Positions 57,598-64,000 of a stretch of DNA of 64,000 nt are shown here, piece by piece (position 1 is the first letter of the stretch; every line of letters starts with the position of its first letter). Both the position numbers and the translations under genes were made by a program. This DNA is from Elusimicrobiota bacterium (lineage in GTDB: Bacteria > Elusimicrobiota > Elusimicrobia > Elusimicrobiales > UBA9959). The stretch is from assembly GCA_037137395.1 (NCBI GenBank), contig JBAXKK010000001.1:29904-93903 (forward strand), in the 5' to 3' direction. The notes below the pieces were generated by a model. That model worked only from the letters and a program-made list of their open reading frames with translations, had not been told where the DNA came from and made no database searches.

Positions 57598-57608
57598 GGA
57601 TTAAGGAA

Positions 57609-58508
57609 CTACCACGAGGATGTTGAAATTGAAATAGCCTCAAAACCATTTAATATCTCCTGGCGCCACTTTTCCCCCCAGCCGTCGATAGATGACAATA
57701 CTTTCCCGTTTCTCATGAAGTAAAAGTATGGGGAAATGGTGAAATTAAATTCCGGGAGCCTGCTTGCCTTATAGGCGATATATATATTGCGAAAATTAAA
57801 CTGCTCGCGCCATCTTAAAACTCCCATAACATCGAACTTAACCGTTAATAATACTCCATTCTTCTTAAATACGGGGGCCAATTCGGGGTCGGCCAAAATT
57901 GCTTTCATCGCGCGCTCGGCTATGGGGCAACCCGCAGATATTGAAACAATTACTTTTGGCCCGGCTTCAAGATGGAGCTCTTTAAGTTCGATTTTTTTCC
58001 CCTCTTCAAAAACATCATAAACGGGCCACCTGGCCGTCGCGGTTTCCGTATCGATGGCTATCACTTCGGGGACAGCGGGGTAATTCGCTGCGGGGAACCG
58101 CTCACGAATCTCCGCAGCCCTGTCAAACATTCTTGTGTTGATGTAAGCCCAGTGCATATCCGAAATGTTGTGATCGGTGAAGTCGTTTCGCCGCGCCTTT
58201 TCATTAAAAGTGTTTTGTTCCCATTCGATATAGTTCTGGTTTTCAGGGAAGTAAAAAGTAAGACTTTCGGAGACATTGTACAGTAGATTAAGCGTTTTAA
58301 GAGAATACTTCTTAAGCCGCTTTTCCGAAAAATATTCTCCCTGTAAATTTCCGGGCAAAAAGCCTGCCTTTCTTGTCCCAAAGCCCCGCTGCGACACTTC
58401 TTTATAGACTTCATCGGCAATTTTAACCGTCCTGATTTCCGATCGGGAACACCCGACCAGCGTTGCGGCGCAAAAAATATGAAAGCAGAAAAATAATTTA
58501 TTTTTCAT
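57609..58508 (-). CDS. Hypothetical lipoprotein with a thioredoxin-like C-terminal domain
   Basis: Lipobox TLVG-C; SAGCP and SPYFYFMRNGKV...GW. Confidence 0.6.
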   Translation of the reverse strand: MKNKLFFCFHIFCAATLVGCSRSEIRTVKIADEVYKEVSQRGFGTRKAGFLPGNLQGEYFSEKRLKKYSLKTLNLLYNVSESLTFYFPENQNYIEWEQNTFNEKARRNDFTDHNISDMHWAYINTRMFDRAAEIRERFPAANYPAVPEVIAIDTETATARWPVYDVFEEGKKIELKELHLEAGPKVIVSISAGCPIAERAMKAILADPELAPVFKKNGVLLTVKFDVMGVLRWREQFNFRNIYIAYKASRLPEFNFTISPYFYFMRNGKVLSSIDGWGEKWRQEILNGFEAISISTSSW

Positions 58509-58513
58509 TGATT

Positions 58514-59266
58514 CTATACCGGGTTCGGGATGTCTATGAATTCCGTCTTTACATTGAATTTAGAGCGCGCAAGTTTTTCGAGCGCCCGGACGCCGGGCTT
58601 TTCGGTGTTGTAATGGCCGGCCGAGATAAAATTGGCGCCGTGCTCCCGCGCCGTTTCCTGCACGAATTCGGAAACCTCTCCGGTGATATAAAGATCCAGT
58701 CCGGCCGCTATGGCCTGGTCGAACATCCGCTGCCCGCCGCCGCTGATGACGCCGACCGTTTTTATCTTCTTTGTCCCGAAATTGAAAGAGAGTATATCTG
58801 CTGAAAGCTCGTTCTGGAGAATTTTTATCACCTCCGCTACGGTTTTGGGCCGGCGGAACGAGCCTTTGAAACCGATGGTTTCTCCGTCATAAGTCCCGAA
58901 AGGCCGCGGATTTACGGCCTCTAAAAAATTAAGGATCCGGGCGTTGTTGCCCGCGGTCCGGTGTTTATCCAGCGGCAGATGCCAGGCGGCCAGCGTCATG
59001 CCGCTATCCAGCAGGGTTTCCAATTTTTTCTTGAAAGGGCCCCTCACAGGCTCCGAGCGGCCCCAGAGCAGGCCGTGATGCACGATCGCCATGTCGGCGC
59101 CGGACGCGGCCGCGCGTTTTAAAAACTCAAGCGAAGCGGAAACGCCGAACGCGATTTTTTTCACTTCAGCCTTCCCTTCCACCTGCAGCCCGTTCTGGGA
59201 CGCGTCCTTTATGTTCCCGGAGTCCAGATAGTTGTTTATAAATTCTATTATCTTATCTCTTTGCAT
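58514..59266 (-). CDS. Nif3-like dinuclear metal centre protein (YbgI family)
   Basis: NGLQVEG, VHHG, HLPLD.H...GNN, ITGE, AGHYNTE. Confidence 0.95.
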   Translation of the reverse strand: MQRDKIIEFINNYLDSGNIKDASQNGLQVEGKAEVKKIAFGVSASLEFLKRAAASGADMAIVHHGLLWGRSEPVRGPFKKKLETLLDSGMTLAAWHLPLDKHRTAGNNARILNFLEAVNPRPFGTYDGETIGFKGSFRRPKTVAEVIKILQNELSADILSFNFGTKKIKTVGVISGGGQRMFDQAIAAGLDLYITGEVSEFVQETAREHGANFISAGHYNTEKPGVRALEKLARSKFNVKTEFIDIPNPV

Positions 59267-59336
59267 TTGAATATTCCTTAATGGTTACGAGATTCAAATT
59301 CGCGGATATGCCGCCCTGTCTGCAGGATCGCCGCTT

Positions 59337-61022
59337 CTATTTTTTTCCGGGCCGGACGGCGTAATAATAACCGTTGGAGAAGTCTTCCGCCAGGAAGTCC
59401 GATATTGAGAAAGTTTTATTGTCGGGCGTGTGCAGCATAAACGCGCAGTAGCTCCACAGCATCGGATTGCCACGGAGCGCTGTCCTTGGCACGCGCACGA
59501 TGAAAGCTCCGTTTTCAAAGTTGGTCTTCAGGGCCGCCGTTTCCTGCGGGCCCTTGGCTGTGGCGGTGTAGAGCGTCGCTGTTTTGGGGGACGCTTCTAA
59601 CGCGTATTCCCAGGCGTTGTCGGGGAATATCCTGCCGGCGCGGCCGTTCAGGAGCCTGGTCGAGCCGGCTCTTGGACGGTTGTTGATGTCTATGTACAGG
59701 TCAAAGCGGGTTTCGGATAAGGCTGCGTTCGCGGCCGGCCCCGCGGCTTCCAGCGGCGCGAAAGAAAAAAATATGTCGCTGTCCGTCCATGAGACATCCA
59801 GCCGCGCCAGCTTCCAGAGTTTATAAGGGCCCGTTCCTTTAGCGGCAGCCGGCGCTCCGTCAGGTGGCAGGGGTTGTCGGATCGTGTTGTTGAGCGTGAA
59901 AGAGGAGGAACTTTTTTTTACGATTATCTTATCGGCGCCTTCCGCTTCCTCTTTCATGTCGGATAAAGTGGAGAAAAGCCAGCCCGGCGGAGCCTTTTCC
60001 ATCAGCCGGTAAGCGTTGACCAGGGCGCCCTGTATTTCTATTTCCGTTTCTTTAGCTGTTTCCTGGTCAGGGTCGGCAAGTTTAAGCAGCTTTGGCCCGG
60101 ATTCCACTGAGAAGTATTCCGCGAAAGCGGCTTTGGCGGCTTTATAATCACCCTGCTTGGTGTTGAGGTAAGCCATGAGTTCGGCACGGGTCCTGGCGAA
60201 AGCTGTCAGCGTGCCAGCCTGAGTCGGCAATCCGGCCCATGGCGTATAATCTCCGCTCCAGGGAACTGTGAGCTGAGCGGCCTGGGCCGCCGGCATAGAG
60301 GTGGAGACGGCGCTGGCAAGCGCCTCGGACACAGTCAGGTATGGCTGAGCCGTCCCGTCCGAAAGGAACTTGAGTAAAGCGGCCCTTGAATCCGCCCCGG
60401 AGAGGCCCAGCGTTTCGTCAAAGATTAAAAATTGCGGGGCTTCGGACCGCGCTGCCTCGGCCGGGGCAAAGGAAAAGGGGATAAGCGTGACGCCTTCGGC
60501 GTTTATGACGCTAAACGGCGCGGTGGAGACAAGCGGTCCGGCCGCCAGCCACTTAAACCCCAGCGCTTTAGCCAGTGGGATATATTCCGGAGTTATTCCG
60601 CCCGGCGCGCAGGCGAAACTTATAGGCGGCCGCTTGAAGTTTTTAGCGTAAGAGTCGCGGGCGTCGCTCATTCTGAGAGCGATGAAAAAAGGGTCGCCGG
60701 TAAAAGCGGCGCTGGAGGGTTTATTCTGCCAGATCACCGTGTCGTGAACGGCATAGTAGAAAAGCGGGATAAGGGGATCTCCGGCTGGCCTTGCCGCCAG
60801 TTCCAGGCGTCCTTTGGATTCAAGGTCCTTTATTCTTTCCGCCAGCGGGGCGGGAAGCTCGCCGAGGGCAGCGGTTAATTTAAGATCTTTGTCATCCTCA
60901 AGGCGCGCAATCACGTCGTCTATCGGCGCATGCTCGCGCGGGATCCAGAGCGGCGCCGTGCCGGCGCGCAGCGGGCTCGCGGACAGAATCAAAAGCAGAT
61001 TTAATATTAGTATCCGGGGCAT
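59337..61022 (-). CDS. Secreted degenerate GH57-like protein with a glucodextranase/DOMON-like C-terminal domain
   Basis: Signal peptide; GRLEL....DPLIPL, GFKW, IFDE, WSGDYTPWAG; DLYID...G...LL.GR......AWEYAL. Confidence 0.6.
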   Translation of the reverse strand: MPRILILNLLLILSASPLRAGTAPLWIPREHAPIDDVIARLEDDKDLKLTAALGELPAPLAERIKDLESKGRLELAARPAGDPLIPLFYYAVHDTVIWQNKPSSAAFTGDPFFIALRMSDARDSYAKNFKRPPISFACAPGGITPEYIPLAKALGFKWLAAGPLVSTAPFSVINAEGVTLIPFSFAPAEAARSEAPQFLIFDETLGLSGADSRAALLKFLSDGTAQPYLTVSEALASAVSTSMPAAQAAQLTVPWSGDYTPWAGLPTQAGTLTAFARTRAELMAYLNTKQGDYKAAKAAFAEYFSVESGPKLLKLADPDQETAKETEIEIQGALVNAYRLMEKAPPGWLFSTLSDMKEEAEGADKIIVKKSSSSFTLNNTIRQPLPPDGAPAAAKGTGPYKLWKLARLDVSWTDSDIFFSFAPLEAAGPAANAALSETRFDLYIDINNRPRAGSTRLLNGRAGRIFPDNAWEYALEASPKTATLYTATAKGPQETAALKTNFENGAFIVRVPRTALRGNPMLWSYCAFMLHTPDNKTFSISDFLAEDFSNGYYYAVRPGKK

Positions 61023-61058
61023 ATTATTTCAGGATGGATGGTATGTCCAAGCGTAACT

Positions 61059-61526
61059 CTATTTAACAAGAACGACCGAAACTTTTTTGTCGCCGAGCAT
61101 GGCCGTGTCGGGGTTGAGCGGGTCCAGCATCAGCTGGCCGTCTATGTTGTAAAGATATTGATATGTTCCGGGTGGCAGGGGTACAATGGTTCCCCAGATA
61201 TTGGTGTCGCGTTTTATAAGCCCGAGTGAGTCCACGCTCCACTTGTTGAAATCCCCGGCCAGCCTGACCGTTTTGGCGTTAGCTATTTTGACCGTGAATT
61301 TTACGAAGCGCAATTCCGGCTGGGGATTGTCCGCTCTCTGCGCCGAAGTCCGGGGGTGCATCGGCGGAAGCTGGGCGTTTCGCGATGGCCGAACGGCGGC
61401 CACGTTCCAGTTTCCCATAAAGTTGATGTATCTTGAAAGCGCTGTGTGGAATAGTACGCTGGGAACGCTGACAAAGATCAGCGCCGCGAGCGCGATAGCC
61501 GTCAGAACGGATTTTTTTTCCATCAT
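61059..61526 (-). CDS. Membrane-anchored CBM48/AMPK-beta-type glycogen-binding protein
   Basis: AKTVRLAGDFNKW...W...LPPGTYQYLYNIDG...DPLNP. Confidence 0.88.
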   Translation of the reverse strand: MMEKKSVLTAIALAALIFVSVPSVLFHTALSRYINFMGNWNVAAVRPSRNAQLPPMHPRTSAQRADNPQPELRFVKFTVKIANAKTVRLAGDFNKWSVDSLGLIKRDTNIWGTIVPLPPGTYQYLYNIDGQLMLDPLNPDTAMLGDKKVSVVLVK

Positions 61527-61528
61527 GT

Positions 61529-62173
61529 TTATATTTCCAGCCTCGCCCGTATCCTGGTTTTAACGCCAAGTTCTTTGGCCAGGGCTTCAAATTTTACAAT
61601 GTCCACGCCGGCGCCGTCTATGGCGGTCACAACCGTTTCCGGTATGACCCTGGCGGCGCCGCGCACGAATTCAAGCACGCTGTTAAAAGCTTTTTGCTCA
61701 TATTCCGGTTTAGGCCGCATCAGGGCCAGCCATTGGAGCGGGTCCGGAGTATTGAGGCTTACGTGCACCGCGTCCACCAGACCTTTAAGCCGGGGGACGA
61801 TATCTGTCCCGTTCACGAGTCCGCCCAGACCGTTGGTGTTCAGGCGCACGCGCAAACCCGCCGGTACAGGAGCCAGAGCGCCGGTTTTTACGGCTTTGGC
61901 TATGGCGATCAGCGTATCCAGCCGCATGGTCGGTTCACCATAACCGCAGAAAACGAGTTCATCAAAAGGCGTCAGTGTCCATTCCGTTTTTATCAGCGAT
62001 GTAACGGTTTTGGCGTCCGGTTCTGCGCCGCCCAGGTCCAGATTGCTACCCCGGTAGGCCATCTTCCATTTGCTCTTTATGCAGAAGACGCAAGCGGTCG
62101 GGCAGCAGTTTGTAAGGTTAACATAAAGTCCCGTTTTATAGCGATAAACTATTTCTGGTTTTGGAAATTCCAT
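61529..62173 (-). CDS. TatD-associated-type radical SAM protein
   Basis: LYVNLTNCCPTACVFC, ELVFCGYGEP, RLNTNG, VSLN. Confidence 0.88.
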   Translation of the reverse strand: MEFPKPEIVYRYKTGLYVNLTNCCPTACVFCIKSKWKMAYRGSNLDLGGAEPDAKTVTSLIKTEWTLTPFDELVFCGYGEPTMRLDTLIAIAKAVKTGALAPVPAGLRVRLNTNGLGGLVNGTDIVPRLKGLVDAVHVSLNTPDPLQWLALMRPKPEYEQKAFNSVLEFVRGAARVIPETVVTAIDGAGVDIVKFEALAKELGVKTRIRARLEI

Positions 62174-62185
62174 GTTTTTCTTACT

Positions 62186-62255
62186 TCGTAAAGCGGAGAA
62201 AAGTAAAACATTCAAGTCTGCTGTTCACTTTTTACTAACCGCTATTCGCTACGCG
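62186..62255. repeat. Degenerate heptamer element (CTATTCG type)
   Basis: ctgttca-cttttta-ctaaccg-ctattcg-ctacgcg (62221-62255) with a weak complementary arm at 62186-62210. Confidence 0.45.
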
Positions 62256-62281
62256 GCCTCTCATTATTCTATCATTTAGAA

Positions 62282-63433
62282 ATGCGGATTTTAATAGCGC
62301 CTAACGCGTTTAAGGGGACTTTAGGGCCTTTGGCGGCGGCGCGGGCGATGGCGCGCGCTGTCAGGGCGGTTGTGCCGGGCGCGGAGATTGACTTGTTTCC
62401 TGTATCGGACGGAGGGGACGGGCTGTTGGAAGCTTTCATGTTCCACGGACACGGCAGTTACAGGGCGCTTACTGTCCCGGGACCGGTGTTTAAACCTGTG
62501 CGCGCCAGGTGGGTTATGGCCGGGGACAACGCGGTCATAGAGATGGCGCAGGCTTCAGGGCTCAAATATTTGTCCAAAAGCAGGCTTACTCCCCTCGATG
62601 CCGCCACATTTGGCGTTGGCCGCCTGATCCGGGCCGCCGCGCGCTCCGGCGCCCGGTCGGTGCTGGTCGGTTTAGGTGGCAGCGCCTCCAGCGACGGAGG
62701 AGCGGGCTGCGCCGAAGGTTTTGGTTACAGGCTTCTGGACAAGGCAGGCGCTCCTGTGCCGCCCGGAGCCAGGGGACTTCTAAAGCTTGAAAGGATAGTT
62801 CCGCCTCTTTTTTTAAAATCAAACAGGCGGGAGCGGACTGGAATAAAGATCACTGCTTTAACGGATGTTGATAATCCGCTTACGGGACCGCGCGGTTCGG
62901 CTATTGTTTACGGCCCACAGAAAGGCGCGGGCCCGGCCGAGGTTGCCGTCATGGAGAGAGCGCTGATCCATTACGCCCGCGTAATTAAAAGGGAACTTGG
63001 GGTTGATGTAAGAAATATGAAAGGCGGCGCGGCGGCCGGGGGGCTTGGAGCGGGGCTTCACGCTTTTTTCGGGGCGGAACTGGTCCGCGGCGCCGCTTTC
63101 GTGCTTGAACGGTTGGGTTTTGAGGCCGCATTAAAAAGGTCCGATTTCATTATTACGGGGGAAGGACGGTTCGACCAGCAAAGTTTCTACGGCAAGGCGC
63201 CGGTAGCGGTCGCGCGGCTGGCCATGCGCCATAAAAAACCGACGCTTCTGGTATGCGGTTCCTGCGGTCTTAAAGACAGGCGCCGGTTCGCGGCGAACGG
63301 TATAAGCGGGGTCATAGCCCTGGATGAAGTCCTTCCTCTCGCTGAGCTTCTTGAGACGCCGGCCAAGGCGCTGACTAAGGGGCTGATGCTCTCAAGTGAA
63401 ACGCTTTCCAGTTTCCTCGAATCGCGCCGATGA
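62282..63433 (+). CDS. glxK: Glycerate kinase
   Basis: APNAFKGTL, SDGGDG, GLGGSASSDGG, DVDNPL.G, YGPQKGA, ITGEG.FD.QS..GK. Confidence 0.94.
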   Translation: MRILIAPNAFKGTLGPLAAARAMARAVRAVVPGAEIDLFPVSDGGDGLLEAFMFHGHGSYRALTVPGPVFKPVRARWVMAGDNAVIEMAQASGLKYLSKSRLTPLDAATFGVGRLIRAAARSGARSVLVGLGGSASSDGGAGCAEGFGYRLLDKAGAPVPPGARGLLKLERIVPPLFLKSNRRERTGIKITALTDVDNPLTGPRGSAIVYGPQKGAGPAEVAVMERALIHYARVIKRELGVDVRNMKGGAAAGGLGAGLHAFFGAELVRGAAFVLERLGFEAALKRSDFIITGEGRFDQQSFYGKAPVAVARLAMRHKKPTLLVCGSCGLKDRRRFAANGISGVIALDEVLPLAELLETPAKALTKGLMLSSETLSSFLESRR

Positions 63434-63657
63434 TCTGCCGGGCCCAGGATGTAAATCGGGCAAAAAGTTGGACTAAACCTTCAATTTTTAATAGTATATA
63501 CAAGCGGGCGAGTATAGGGATAAGCATCAAGGGTTTCGCCATGGCGCGCTTCTTGATGAATATTGCGGCGCAACACGGCATCCGGGGCCTGTAGTCATCA
63601 GACAGCCTGACGGCCTTCAGCCTGAACAATCTTGCTAATTACCGCAAAGGACATTTA

Positions 63658-64000
63658 ATGAGTTCGCATCCAAACCAGATAACTTTCGGCACGGACGGGT
63701 TTCGGGGCGTAATTTCACGCGATTTCACTTATGAAGCCGTGCGCAAGATAGCTCAGGGCCTGGCGGATTATATCGCCTATAAGAATATGCGCGTGGCAGA
63801 AAAGCCCAATGTTATTGTCGGCTATGACCGCCGCTTTATGTCAGACCGTTTCGCGGCCGCGGTTGCCGATGTGCTCACCGCAAACGGTATTGTGTGCGTG
63901 GTTTCCGATTCTCCCCTGCCCACGCAGGCGGTAAGCTGGCTCACCGCTTCCAAATTCGGGCTGGGCGTCATGATAACAGCTAGCCATAATAAATATTTCT
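63658..64000 (+). CDS. Phosphoglucomutase/phosphomannomutase family protein; runs off the window edge
   Basis: Not in the ORF track. Manual translation gives MSSHPNQITFGTDGFRG...VGYDRRF.S...PTQA...VMITASHN; AAGGA RBS. Confidence 0.93.
   Translation, partial: MSSHPNQITFGTDGFRGVISRDFTYEAVRKIAQGLADYIAYKNMRVAEKPNVIVGYDRRFMSDRFAAAVADVLTANGIVCVVSDSPLPTQAVSWLTASKFGLGVMITASHNKYF

Overview
A gene-dense bacterial chromosome segment of moderate GC content. The protein styles suggest Elusimicrobiota, but that is my inference and was not verified. Housekeeping genes are coaD, trmL, secA, lnt, gpmI, pyrB, a glycerate kinase, a Nif3-family gene and a partial phosphohexomutase. There are three secreted clostripain (C11) peptidase paralogues. 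A surface-glycan region (~7.9-29.2 kb) holds GT4, asnB, two CgeB-type GTs, a MurJ-like flippase, a split transketolase, a B12 radical SAM enzyme, a heptose kinase and nucleotidyltransferase, an E1/ColD-type dehydratase and methyltransferases. A ugd-uxs (UDP-xylose) operon is led by a 10-TM DMT-like protein. I recognised no rRNA, tRNA, CRISPR array, transposase or integrase. The most notable unexplained signals are: (1) about nine 7-nt-periodic tandem arrays, mostly paired as inverted arms with different unit sequences and mostly starting right after stop codons, one of them translated in frame inside a gene; (2) a 16-bp palindromic box repeated at 22-24 bp spacing in front of all three clostripain genes; (3) two candidate structured RNAs (~29270-29470 and ~47180-47525); (4) an internally deleted B12 radical SAM pseudogene; (5) an apparently catalytically dead GH57-like protein. 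All calls were made by eye from motifs and no searches were run.
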